A stretch of DNA of 64,000 nucleotides from IMG/VR virus record IMGVR_UViG_3300045988_089199, positions 1 through 64,000 of that record; one strand, given 5' to 3'. The position numbers and the translations under genes are program-made. This stretch comes from a virus. This document shows positions 24,435 to 32,082 of the stretch, piece after piece; position 1 is the stretch's first letter, and every line of letters begins with the position of its first letter. The notes under the pieces are model-generated. The model made no database searches and was not told the origin of the DNA. It was given only the letters and a program-made list of their open reading frames with translations.

Positions 24435-25154
24435 TTATTTTTTATATATTTCATTTACTAACCAATCTCTACCTTTTCCAGTCCAACGACGATTATAAAT
24501 TATTCTACCATCTTTAAGTTCATTTTGTTTTATACTAACAAAACCGTTTTCACTAAATTTAGCAGCTAATACCCATGTTCCATTCATTTTATATTGTAGT
24601 TTCTTTGATTCTAAATCTTTATTTAAAGCAGTTGCAGATTTAAATCCTAACTCTTTTGCTATCTCAGTTGTAGTATATGTTTTAGAAGTATGCACAAGAT
24701 TGTCATGTTTTTCTTCAATTAATTTCTTTTGTTCTTCTATTAATTGTTTTTCTTTATGTTCTTCTATCCATCTTGTAGCTCTTGCAACTGGGTCTTCTAT
24801 CATATAACTATCCATTTTACTATATTTTAATTGTTGCTCCATGTCGTTAAATTTATTAACATATTTAGCAGTAAATAATATTCCTTTTTCTCCAGTCATT
24901 TTATTTGCTAATAATTCACATCCCATTTTAGTACATTCATAATACTTATTTTGTTTACCGCTTGCATCTTTATAAGTCCCTTCAATAAAATAATCACTCA
25001 CACCCAATTGGGCTTCAGTAAGAGTTGGTATAATTCCAACATGAGATTTATCTCCTTCTAACATTCTTATTACTTTTGCATGAGATCTCCCCATCATCCC
25101 AGCTACTTCATAACTTGGTATAGTTTGTACTCCTGTTACTTGTAATTCCATCAT
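24435..25154 (-). CDS. Rha-family regulatory protein with KilAC-type antirepressor C-terminal domain
   Basis: N-terminal segment SYEVAGMMGRSHAKVIRML is Rha-like. C-terminal segment TTTEIAKELGFKSATALNKDL..NGTWVL is KilAC-like. Confidence 0.6.
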   Translation of the reverse strand: MMELQVTGVQTIPSYEVAGMMGRSHAKVIRMLEGDKSHVGIIPTLTEAQLGVSDYFIEGTYKDASGKQNKYYECTKMGCELLANKMTGEKGILFTAKYVNKFNDMEQQLKYSKMDSYMIEDPVARATRWIEEHKEKQLIEEQKKLIEEKHDNLVHTSKTYTTTEIAKELGFKSATALNKDLESKKLQYKMNGTWVLAAKFSENGFVSIKQNELKDGRIIYNRRWTGKGRDWLVNEIYKK

Positions 25155-25191
25155 ATAAATCACTCCTCCAAATTTTATTTATCTTGTGTTA

Positions 25192-25227
25192 CAAATATAG
25201 TATATAAATTTTCCAGTATTTACTAAC
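25192..25227 (-). promoter_or_regulatory. class B promoter motif, copy 9
   Basis: GTTAGTAAATACTGGAAAATTTATATACTATATTTG with the 22-nt offset conserved. Confidence 0.5.
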
Positions 25228-25228
25228 T

Positions 25229-26128
25229 TTAAAATAATTTTTTTTGTCGGTCATTATCTCTTTGTAGCTCAGGTATGTTTTTTATTAGATATTCATATAT
25301 TTGCCATAGTAATAAATTAGGTGTAGAGGTCATATAAAAATCTTTTTCTATATCCATATTTTCTATAACTTTTCTTATTTTATTTTTCATGTCTTTATTG
25401 TGAATATAAAACCCAACTTCCTTGGCGTAGTGTTCATCTTCATTCAGTATTTTTCCACATTGTCGTCCCCATGTACATATTCTAAAATCATAATCATTAT
25501 CTGGATACTCTCTTGAACGTTTTTCATTACCTTCTACATATATTTTTTCAAATAATTCAAAATCTTCAAATTTATATTTTTTCTTTTTATTTAATCCATA
25601 GCTAGGTCGTTTATATATGTTAAAAGTTAATTTTATGTTTTTATATAGGTCTTTAAACCCATCAGCACTAATTAATTCACTATATATTAAATCAAATTCA
25701 TACATATTTACAGTGTTATTAAATTGACTGCCAGGCAATATAAAAGCTATATAATCACCTTCATTTACACATTTTTTATAAAATTGCAATGCTAAATTAT
25801 TCCTAAATCCAAAAGGTGGATTTCCTATAAATAATCTTCCTTTCTTGTATTTTAAATCTAACCCTAAAAAATCTTGTTGAATAATATTCTCTCCTTCTGG
25901 TTCTATGTCATACGCTATACAATTCTCTATTTGATTACTAAAACTTCCATTCCCCGCACTTGGCTCTATTATTTCAGTTATATTTTCCTTTCCTATTATT
26001 TCATATGTTTTGTCTATGCAATATTTTGCTAAATCTACTGGAGTATAATATTTATCTTTATCTATTTTAGCATTAAATTTATGTCCATTTACATCATAAA
26101 GTTCTCTTTGTTTTGGTTTATAATTCAT
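25229..26128 (-). CDS. N6-adenine DNA methyltransferase (orphan)
   Basis: Motif I IIEPSAGNGSF, with motif IV IGNPPFG about 45 aa later. No adjacent restriction gene. Confidence 0.75.
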   Translation of the reverse strand: MNYKPKQRELYDVNGHKFNAKIDKDKYYTPVDLAKYCIDKTYEIIGKENITEIIEPSAGNGSFSNQIENCIAYDIEPEGENIIQQDFLGLDLKYKKGRLFIGNPPFGFRNNLALQFYKKCVNEGDYIAFILPGSQFNNTVNMYEFDLIYSELISADGFKDLYKNIKLTFNIYKRPSYGLNKKKKYKFEDFELFEKIYVEGNEKRSREYPDNDYDFRICTWGRQCGKILNEDEHYAKEVGFYIHNKDMKNKIRKVIENMDIEKDFYMTSTPNLLLWQIYEYLIKNIPELQRDNDRQKKLF

Positions 26129-26152
26129 AATTATCACCTCTTTAATTTTTTA

Positions 26153-26189
26153 TATTATATAATATATATAAATACCAAATTTTACTAAC
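26153..26189 (-). promoter_or_regulatory. class B-like promoter, divergent copy 10b
   Basis: GTTAGTAAAATTTGGTATTTATATATATTATATAATAT. Confidence 0.4.
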
Positions 26190-26199
26190 TAAAATAAAT

Positions 26200-26233
26200 A
26201 AAAAAATTCCAGTGGTTTACCATGCCACTGGAA
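26200..26233 (-). terminator. rho-independent terminator
   Basis: 9-bp stem TTCCAGTGG/CCACTGGAA (26207..26215 and 26225..26233), followed by 7 T on the minus strand. Confidence 0.7.
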
Positions 26234-26368
26234 TATAAATATGGGGATTGTTAATAATTTCTTAGTTGGTTATATGAAGTTAATCACCTACTCTCTTATT
26301 ATACACTATTGGGTCATATAAGAAAATAATAAAAATTAAAATAATAAAATAATTTAATAATAAGTTAC
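26200..26368 (-). ncRNA. candidate small RNA 3 (about 170 nt, or about 95 nt from an internal TGTATAAT box)
   Basis: Bounded by class B copy 10a and the terminator at 26200..26233. Very AT-rich 5' part, an unpaired CAAUCCCCAUA tract before the terminator, and no RBS plus start. Confidence 0.3.
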
Positions 26369-26403
26369 ATATATAGTATAGAAAAATTGATCAATTTACT
26401 AAG
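26368..26403 (-). promoter_or_regulatory. class B promoter motif, copy 10a
   Basis: CTTAGTAAATTGATCAATTTTTCTATACTATATATGTA. The upstream gene's stop TAG lies in the box. Confidence 0.6.
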
Positions 26404-26638
26404 TAGAATATGAAACTTTTTTAACATCATTGGAATATGTCAGATATGCTACAAAGTTATAATCATCTACCTTTTGACTAATGTAATCATCTTTACCTTT
26501 TACAGTAAAAAATGTCTTAATATCTACTATATCTCCTAAATAATTCATCTTAAAACATACCCAAATAGGAAAACCTTGTCGTTTGCCATATTTAGCTAAT
26601 TCCTCTTGTCGTTGTTTAGTTAGTTCTATATCATTCAT
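26399..26638 (-). CDS. hypothetical protein
   Basis: ORF with the ATG at 26638 after a GAGGTGA RBS. No motif. Confidence 0.5.
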   Translation of the reverse strand: MNDIELTKQRQEELAKYGKRQGFPIWVCFKMNYLGDIVDIKTFFTVKGKDDYISQKVDDYNFVAYLTYSNDVKKVSYST

Positions 26639-26649
26639 AAGTATCACCT

Positions 26650-26919
26650 CTAAAAAAACATTTTCATTTCTTCTTTATCTAATTTCACTACATATATATT
26701 ATCCTTAATAATAAACTTATTTCTAGTTCCTCCCTTTTTAATAGGATCTCTAAAATTGTTATTTTTAATATGTGTTCTAATACAACTATTAAAACTTTTT
26801 AACTGAGTAGCATTAAGTCTATAACAACTATGTTTTATACTATTAATAATATGTCTAATATCATTGCATAAATAATAGTTGTTTGGAGTTACAACTAAAT
26901 AGTTATTAGTACTGATCAT
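26650..26919 (-). CDS. hypothetical basic protein
   Basis: 89-aa ORF with AAGGAGGG RBS. No motif. Confidence 0.5.
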   Translation of the reverse strand: MISTNNYLVVTPNNYYLCNDIRHIINSIKHSCYRLNATQLKSFNSCIRTHIKNNNFRDPIKKGGTRNKFIIKDNIYVVKLDKEEMKMFF

Positions 26920-26946
26920 ATAAAACCCTCCTTTTTAGTTGTGAGA

Positions 26947-26969
26947 ATTATGCAACTTTGTTGCATAAT
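26947..26969 (-). promoter_or_regulatory. perfect 10-bp inverted repeat in the 5' leader (operator or RNA stem-loop)
   Basis: ATTATGCAAC-AAA-GTTGCATAAT. The half-site GTTGCATAAT equals the -35 region of promoters A1 and A2. Outer GUGGGA/UCUCAC arms (26941..26979) extend the structure in minus-strand RNA. Confidence 0.4.
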
Positions 26970-27023
26970 AATGTCCCACCGACCGATTCTTTATTTATTT
27001 TCAGTCTAACTAATTTTATTATT

Positions 27024-27059
27024 TATATATAGTATAGGAAAAAACTCGATTTTACTAAC
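27024..27059 (-). promoter_or_regulatory. class B promoter motif, copy 11b
   Basis: GTTAGTAAAATCGAGTTTTTTCCTATACTATATATAA. Confidence 0.55.
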
Positions 27060-27099
27060 TACAAATTTAAAAAATTTTTATTTTAAAAAAAAGGTTTTT

Positions 27100-27134
27100 T
27101 TATATAGTATAGAAAATTTGAGCGTTTTACTAAC
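27100..27134 (-). promoter_or_regulatory. class B promoter motif, copy 11a (in tandem with 11b)
   Basis: GTTAGTAAAACGCTCAAATTTTCTATACTATATAA, 75 nt upstream of copy 11b. Confidence 0.55.
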
Positions 27135-27142
27135 TTAAATAT

Positions 27143-27173
27143 AAAAAAAAATAGAAGGATTAAATCCTTCTAT
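27143..27173 (-). terminator. rho-independent terminator overlapping a gene end
   Basis: 10-bp stem ATAGAAGGAT/ATCCTTCTAT around the TAA stop of ORF 27160..27519, followed by 8 T on the minus strand. Confidence 0.65.
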
Positions 27174-27519
27174 TAGTTGTGTCATGTTTATAATCATTTT
27201 CAACTTGATAACTAGCACGATTACTACGTGGCATGGGTTGATTAACATAGTTTTCCATTTTAGAACTAAATAGAGTTTGTGGTCTAATATATATTTCCAT
27301 ATTAGTTCCACCCCACTCAGCTATTTTTACATCAATCACATATTTAAAATCTTCTAATGTATAACCTTCTTTTAGACGAGCAGAGATATATTTAACAGTA
27401 TTTTTAGCATCATGTTTATATTTAGTTCCTGCTCTATTATTAAGATAGTCTATAATTTCTTCTATTAATTTAGTTTGTACAGTAGGTACTTTATTAACAT
27501 TAAATCCAGGTAGAGCCAT
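27160..27519 (-). CDS. DnaD-like / conserved phage C-terminal domain replication protein
   Basis: YLNNRAGTKYKHDAKNTVKYISARLKEGYTLEDFKYVID..W....IRPQTLFS matches the phage replisome-organizer C-terminal domain pattern as I remember it. Confidence 0.5.
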   Translation of the reverse strand: MALPGFNVNKVPTVQTKLIEEIIDYLNNRAGTKYKHDAKNTVKYISARLKEGYTLEDFKYVIDVKIAEWGGTNMEIYIRPQTLFSSKMENYVNQPMPRSNRASYQVENDYKHDTTNRRI

Positions 27520-27902
27520 TATTTCACCCTCTTTACTCTTAAAGTTTTATATTGTTTCTCTCTATAAGCTGGAGCTATGTCGTCGGTACTTATTAGACCA
27601 CCATACATTAATTCCTCTAATTTATCTTCATCTACAGTATAAGTTTTAATTAGACAGTCCATTATTTCAGGTTTTTCTTGTGCCATATTTAATAATATTT
27701 GGATAAGTGTATCATCATCTAATTCACTTTTAGTATTAGTAGTATAAGAAACTTTTATGCCATCATATTCTCCTTTAGTAATACCTTGTTCATCTAACAT
27801 CATTTTAGTGCTCTTAATTAAGTCATTTTCAATCTCTTTATTCTTTTTATTGAGTTCTTTTATCTCAGCTAACTCACTTAATAAAACCCCTAAGTCCTTC
27901 AT
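27519..27902 (-). CDS. hypothetical coiled-coil protein
   Basis: 127-aa ORF with AAGGAGG RBS. Stop/start overlap (ATGA) with the next gene. Confidence 0.5.
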   Translation of the reverse strand: MKDLGVLLSELAEIKELNKKNKEIENDLIKSTKMMLDEQGITKGEYDGIKVSYTTNTKSELDDDTLIQILLNMAQEKPEIMDCLIKTYTVDEDKLEELMYGGLISTDDIAPAYREKQYKTLRVKRVK

Positions 27903-27978
27903 TTTTTAGCCTCCTTAAGTAATTAATCTATGAACCACATAAAACCTATTTTAGGTAGGTTCTATGAGGTTATATCCC

Positions 27979-28014
27979 TATATATAGTATATAATTTATT
28001 TATTATTTGCTAAG
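27979..28014 (-). promoter_or_regulatory. class B promoter motif, copy 12 (inside a gene 3' end)
   Basis: CTTAGCAAATAATAAATAAATTATATACTATATATAG. Overlaps the last codons and stop of ORF 27996..28274. Confidence 0.5.
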
Positions 28015-28274
28015 TTACCGTTGTATTTATCACTGACATTTTTCATAGTCCCTCTTTTATTAGTTTTCATGAACTCAGTAAATGTGTCAATGTCATGTGC
28101 TGCAAAATATTTAGCGTGTTGTTGACCTAATGTTATGTAGTTTGGTAATCTACGTTGTTCTACAGGTAACTGATCTTCGTACTCATACCATCTTAAAATA
28201 GTAGCTTTAGTTCTACCAATAATAGATCCTATCTCTGTTAAACTATAATACATATTTCCGTCTATTATTTTCAT
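27996..28274 (-). CDS. helix-turn-helix DNA-binding protein (MerR/excisionase-like HTH)
   Basis: YSLTEIGSIIGRTKATILRW HTH at the N-terminus. Confidence 0.5.
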   Translation of the reverse strand: MKIIDGNMYYSLTEIGSIIGRTKATILRWYEYEDQLPVEQRRLPNYITLGQQHAKYFAAHDIDTFTEFMKTNKRGTMKNVSDKYNGNLANNK

Positions 28275-28276
28275 AT

Positions 28277-30946
28277 TTATCCCTCCATTATATCTTTAAA
28301 TAATTTTTTATTATCCACTACCTCACTTGATAGTGCTTGTTTACTTTTTACTATATTATGTATTCTCTCGTCTATGGTATCCTTGCACATAAGAGTAATA
28401 ATATTAACTGTACCCTTTGTTCCTATTCTGTGGCACCTGTCCTCAGCTTGTTGTTTATCTGCACTAGTAAAAGGCTCATCTAAAAATATTACTGTATTAG
28501 CTTCATTAAGAGTAAAACCAGTACCTAGACACCCTATTGTACCTAATATAACATGGCAATTAGGGTTTTCCTTGAACTCCTTGAGTAATTTATCCTTGTC
28601 CTTCACTTGGGAGGTTATACAAGCTGGATTGTACTTTTGTAGTAGTTTGGATGCCGGTTCGATGACCTTTGCCCAGTTACTAAAAATAATAACTTTACCT
28701 CCATTGTTAACTACTTCCTCAACTAATTCTTCCATACGTTTATATTTGACATTGTTTACTTTATGTGTAGTCAGAATATCTGGATTACCCGTAACTTGTC
28801 TCAAACGTGTTAGAGCAGTTAATGGATTCGGTAATAGAAGTATTTTATCAATATTATCTTGTATAGTTTGTTCTACTTCTTTATATAACTTAGTTTGTAT
28901 TTTATCCATTTCTAACAATTCATCAGTGTATATCTTAGGTGGTAAGTCTAATACATCCTCTTTTCTACGTCGTAGCATATATTTATCTAGTCTACCTTGT
29001 AATTCATCCAGATGTTTATAGCCAACAATCTGGTATCCTCCAAATCCACCCATAATACAGTAGTGATTCTTAAACTGAGTTAGACTGTGGTTCTCAACTT
29101 CTAACCATTTTAATACATTATATAAATCAATGGCCGCATTCATTATTGGTGTTCCTGTAAGCGCCAACTTATAATAAGAACAACAACAATGGATGGCCTT
29201 ACCTTGGATGCTGGTAGAGTTTTTGCACTTGTGGATCTCATCTATAATGGTCATACCTATTACACCGCACGTACAAAGTATTTTAATATATTCCTGTATT
29301 TTAGTGTCACGTAGTGTTTCAATATTAGTAACCAGAAAAAATTCCTCATGTTTATTTTGTAGGTCTAATAACCTATCATGTACACTACCAATTTTACCAT
29401 CCTTAAATCCTAATATATGTGCTTGTTCATTAGTATGTACTGATACTTCATTTACCCAGTTCCACTTCAATTCATTGACTCCACAAACTATAAGACAATG
29501 TTTCATTTGTCCTTTTTTACTTACTGCTATGTCCAAGGCTTGTTTAGTGTTATGCGTTAATATACAATTTTTTAATGCATATAAACTGTCGACTGCATCA
29601 ACTTCAATACAAGCTCCGGGATAATATCCAATATATTCAATACTATTTATTATCCTTCTTGGATTAAATCGCTTAGGATTTAATCTTACTAATCGACGTT
29701 GCAATTTAAATGGTTGGATATCTTTTGGTAAATGAATTTGAGTAATTACGTGACATTCTTTACAAGGAATGGAAATTCCATTCTTTTTATATGTACCATG
29801 TTTCATTTTACGCCCACAAGTTCCACCGAGTTGTGTAATTAATGCAATAACATCATCTGCTAGTGTTTTCGATGTTGTATAATATTCAATAGTTGTGCCA
29901 TTTTTACTAATATATCCGTCAGTATCTAATAAGCCCTGTAGCAATTCAATCCTATCCTGTATACCTGAATATTTATAGTCATTAGGTATAAATTTAGTAT
30001 CAGAATGGGTGTGTAATAAATTGTAATATTTTAACCATTTCACCAAGTCACCATTTTTATACCCATAAGTATTAGGGGTAGAAGGATATTTCGTAAATAC
30101 TCCATGATCTAATTGTTCATTTAAAATGTCAATCATGTCAGCATCATCTGTAGTTATACTTGGGGTTCTGTTTAAGTATCCATCCCCTAATAATACACCT
30201 AACACATAAGGGGGTATGTGTAGTTCTTTAGGTGGATAATATACTGGGTCTATCATAGGTATATAACATCTATTATGTTCAATAATATTCTGCAATGTCT
30301 TTGTATCAGCTACCCTATGATATTTACCATATCTATAACCATTTTTTAATCTGTCATCATTGTGAAGTTTATATCCCCATAAATGGTCTTGACAACACTC
30401 TACATACTCACCGGTATTAAATGTCACTTTAAACATCTTTAAGTTATTGTGAATATATTTATTTAAAATCTTTGTAGGTTTTCCATTACTGCCTACTACA
30501 TAATCTCCTACATTTAAGTCATTCATTTGTTTATATCCATTAGGTGTCAGTACCAATGTATTTAGTGGTACAGCTTTACCAAGACCTTGTTCATCTGCGA
30601 GTAGAAATTTTGTGTGGTCTTTAGAATATAAAAAACTATCCATCTGATAACTATATGGCATGGTTTTACTTTCATACTCTGGTAGTGGTTTATCGTAGTT
30701 GTCCAGTAACTTTAGATAATTCTCAAATTCTTTGGGTATTTTACCGACTATATCAATATTACAATCTCTGCATTTATCTAATATAGTTTGGAATGCACCT
30801 TTTGGGAGTTCCCACATATTTTTATTCTTATGGTAATAACAGTTGAATGATCTAATTACATCTAAATACTCTAACTCATCACCGACTATTTTAATGAATA
30901 GTGAACTACCTCTAAACTTTATTCCTTTGTCTATTTTTAATTTCAT
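28277..30946 (-). CDS. SNF2-family helicase precursor containing an intein
   Basis: Extein motifs: I LADEQGLGK|T, II IIDEIHKCKN, III LTGTPIMN, V/VI GTGFTLNEANTVIFLD..QAEDRCHRIGT. The extein is 547 aa after removing the 342-aa insert. Confidence 0.88.
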   Translation of the reverse strand: MKLKIDKGIKFRGSSLFIKIVGDELEYLDVIRSFNCYYHKNKNMWELPKGAFQTILDKCRDCNIDIVGKIPKEFENYLKLLDNYDKPLPEYESKTMPYSYQMDSFLYSKDHTKFLLADEQGLGKAVPLNTLVLTPNGYKQMNDLNVGDYVVGSNGKPTKILNKYIHNNLKMFKVTFNTGEYVECCQDHLWGYKLHNDDRLKNGYRYGKYHRVADTKTLQNIIEHNRCYIPMIDPVYYPPKELHIPPYVLGVLLGDGYLNRTPSITTDDADMIDILNEQLDHGVFTKYPSTPNTYGYKNGDLVKWLKYYNLLHTHSDTKFIPNDYKYSGIQDRIELLQGLLDTDGYISKNGTTIEYYTTSKTLADDVIALITQLGGTCGRKMKHGTYKKNGISIPCKECHVITQIHLPKDIQPFKLQRRLVRLNPKRFNPRRIINSIEYIGYYPGACIEVDAVDSLYALKNCILTHNTKQALDIAVSKKGQMKHCLIVCGVNELKWNWVNEVSVHTNEQAHILGFKDGKIGSVHDRLLDLQNKHEEFFLVTNIETLRDTKIQEYIKILCTCGVIGMTIIDEIHKCKNSTSIQGKAIHCCCSYYKLALTGTPIMNAAIDLYNVLKWLEVENHSLTQFKNHYCIMGGFGGYQIVGYKHLDELQGRLDKYMLRRRKEDVLDLPPKIYTDELLEMDKIQTKLYKEVEQTIQDNIDKILLLPNPLTALTRLRQVTGNPDILTTHKVNNVKYKRMEELVEEVVNNGGKVIIFSNWAKVIEPASKLLQKYNPACITSQVKDKDKLLKEFKENPNCHVILGTIGCLGTGFTLNEANTVIFLDEPFTSADKQQAEDRCHRIGTKGTVNIITLMCKDTIDERIHNIVKSKQALSSEVVDNKKLFKDIMEG
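29549..30574 (-). mobile_element. class 3 intein with LAGLIDADG homing endonuclease domain (342 aa)
   Basis: Starts AVPLNTLVLTPNGY (Ala1, block A) and has block B ECCQDHLW (His, then Trp two residues later). LAGLIDADG motifs are LLGDGYL and LLQGLLDTDGYIS. Block F is GACIEVD (Cys at the usual Asp position) and block G is CILTHN, followed by Thr+1. Splits GLGK|T of helicase motif I. Confidence 0.8.
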
Positions 30947-30992
30947 GTTGCACCTCCTAATTAATGACCCCCTTTATTTATATTCTATATAT

Positions 30993-31021
30993 ATTATATA
31001 ATTTCTTGTATAATTATTCAA
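30993..31021 (-). promoter_or_regulatory. sigma-A-type promoter, copy A3
   Basis: TTGAAT (31021..31016), 17-nt spacer, TATAAT (30998..30993). Lies between the endolysin terminator and the SNF2 gene. Confidence 0.55.
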
Positions 31022-31032
31022 CTATTCTTCAA

Positions 31033-31064
31033 TAAAAAAAATTCCCACATAATAAATGTGAGAA
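31033..31064 (-). terminator. rho-independent terminator ending the late operon
   Basis: UUCUCACAU/AUGUGGGAA stem (G-U wobble only in minus-strand RNA), followed by 8 U. Same CCCACAT arm as the terminator at 91..119. Confidence 0.75.
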
Positions 31065-31073
31065 TTTCTTATT

Positions 31074-31952
31074 CTATACGTATCTAACAAATTCTAGGTA
31101 TTTTTTATTTACCCAATATCCGGCTTTGCCTTTACACCAAGTACCTCCATCAACTTCTTTTTCTTCTATTATGGTTATTGCTACACCTTTATTTATGACA
31201 TCCACTACATCGTATTTTATACCAGGTCCTTTTCTACAATTAAGATCGTTAGTAGTGCAACGTGCTATATATTGTTTAAATTCTTTAGGTTTTTCTTCTT
31301 TATGTTCTTCTTCCTTTTTACCATTTACATAATTCTTAACATCTTTGATGAAGTGAGCAAATCCATCAACAGAGCAGCCATGACCCCAAAACGCAGTACC
31401 AGGACAAGTTTTAGCACTTCTACTAGAGTTATATTTTCCTAAGTATGTTCCACTAGCAGTAAACCAGCAATGTGGTCTTATATGAGTTGTATTTACAGGT
31501 ATATCAAATCTTTTACACAATTCACCATAAAGATATATTACTGCTTTCTTTTGTGCAGCAGTCATTTTATCATGACCTTTGTCGAAACATCCGTATATTT
31601 CTATACATATAGCATTTGTGTTCCAACCCCTAATACCAATTGGAGTGGAATTTAAATTACGTCCTGTTGTTATTTTTCCATCTGGGAAAACATTGAAGTG
31701 TTGAGCAATATAATGACCATGTCCATCACTATAATGCCATGTTCTTTTTCCATAATCATCTAGTGATTGGGTTCTTCCAAAATGAGGCTCGGAAAAGACC
31801 TTTTTATCGGTCTTTTCCCATGTACTGTAGCTAGGCATATCCATATGGTGTACTTGTAATTTTGTTATTGTTCTACTTACCTTTTGTTTCGCTAACCAGT
31901 TTTTAACATCCTTTTGATTCTCTAAAAGTGTAAAACTATTTTTAGTCTTCAT
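31074..31952 (-). CDS. endolysin: N-acetylmuramoyl-L-alanine amidase (Amidase_2/PGRP type) plus C-terminal SH3b
   Basis: Start taken at MKTKNSF (GAGGTGG RBS). HHMDMPS, a conserved His and CPG residues. C-terminal CRKGPGIKYDVVDVINKG...GYWVNKKYL is SH3_3-like. Confidence 0.8.
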   Translation of the reverse strand: MKTKNSFTLLENQKDVKNWLAKQKVSRTITKLQVHHMDMPSYSTWEKTDKKVFSEPHFGRTQSLDDYGKRTWHYSDGHGHYIAQHFNVFPDGKITTGRNLNSTPIGIRGWNTNAICIEIYGCFDKGHDKMTAAQKKAVIYLYGELCKRFDIPVNTTHIRPHCWFTASGTYLGKYNSSRSAKTCPGTAFWGHGCSVDGFAHFIKDVKNYVNGKKEEEHKEEKPKEFKQYIARCTTNDLNCRKGPGIKYDVVDVINKGVAITIIEEKEVDGGTWCKGKAGYWVNKKYLEFVRYV

Positions 31953-31980
31953 TATTATACCACCTCGTTTTAAATTATAA

Positions 31981-32009
31981 GTCATGCTAATACAAAGTAT
32001 TAACATGAC
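31981..32009 (-). promoter_or_regulatory. 13-bp hairpin in the endolysin leader
   Basis: GUCAUGUUAAUAC-UUU-GUAUUAGCAUGAC, with one G-U that pairs only in the minus-strand RNA. No T-tract follows; it lies about 20 nt before the RBS. Confidence 0.35.
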
Positions 32010-32031
32010 TTTATTTTTATAAACATATTTC

Positions 32032-32056
32032 TTACGCAATTGATTCAAATTGTGTA
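32032..32056 (-). repeat. 25-bp direct repeat, copy 1 (TACACAATTTGAATCAATTGCGTAA on the minus strand)
   Basis: Exact 25/25 match to 34397..34421. Lies 27 nt after the stop of SGNH gene 32083..32832. Confidence 0.9.
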
Positions 32057-32082
32057 GTTCGTAATATTTTTAAATTGTGAAC

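Noticed and set aside
26153-27134. A possible CRISPR array, suggested by five copies of the repeated motif within 1 kb.
   Set aside because: The spacing between copies is irregular (about 75 to 650 nt). The units between them include real genes and terminators, the repeats are not identical, and no cas genes are present. The motif also occurs singly upstream of many genes, which fits a promoter rather than CRISPR repeats.
24435-28274. A lysogeny module (integrase, CI-like repressor) near the Rha/antirepressor and HTH genes.
   Set aside because: No tyrosine or serine recombinase motifs and no CI/Cro pair are recognisable in the window. The Rha/KilAC protein alone does not establish a temperate lifestyle.
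31953-32048. N-terminal extensions of track ORFs (31953..32048 endolysin, 37997..38074 holin, 51173..51244 Dit, 11016..11096 HNH, 10508..10576 RecU, 48952..48972 Tal, 53763..53774 TMP, 58772..58795 scaffold).
   Set aside because: In each case an internal ATG is preceded by a strong GGAGG-type RBS at 6 to 10 nt. The extension overlaps the upstream gene or non-coding hairpins and lacks an RBS, so the starts were trimmed.
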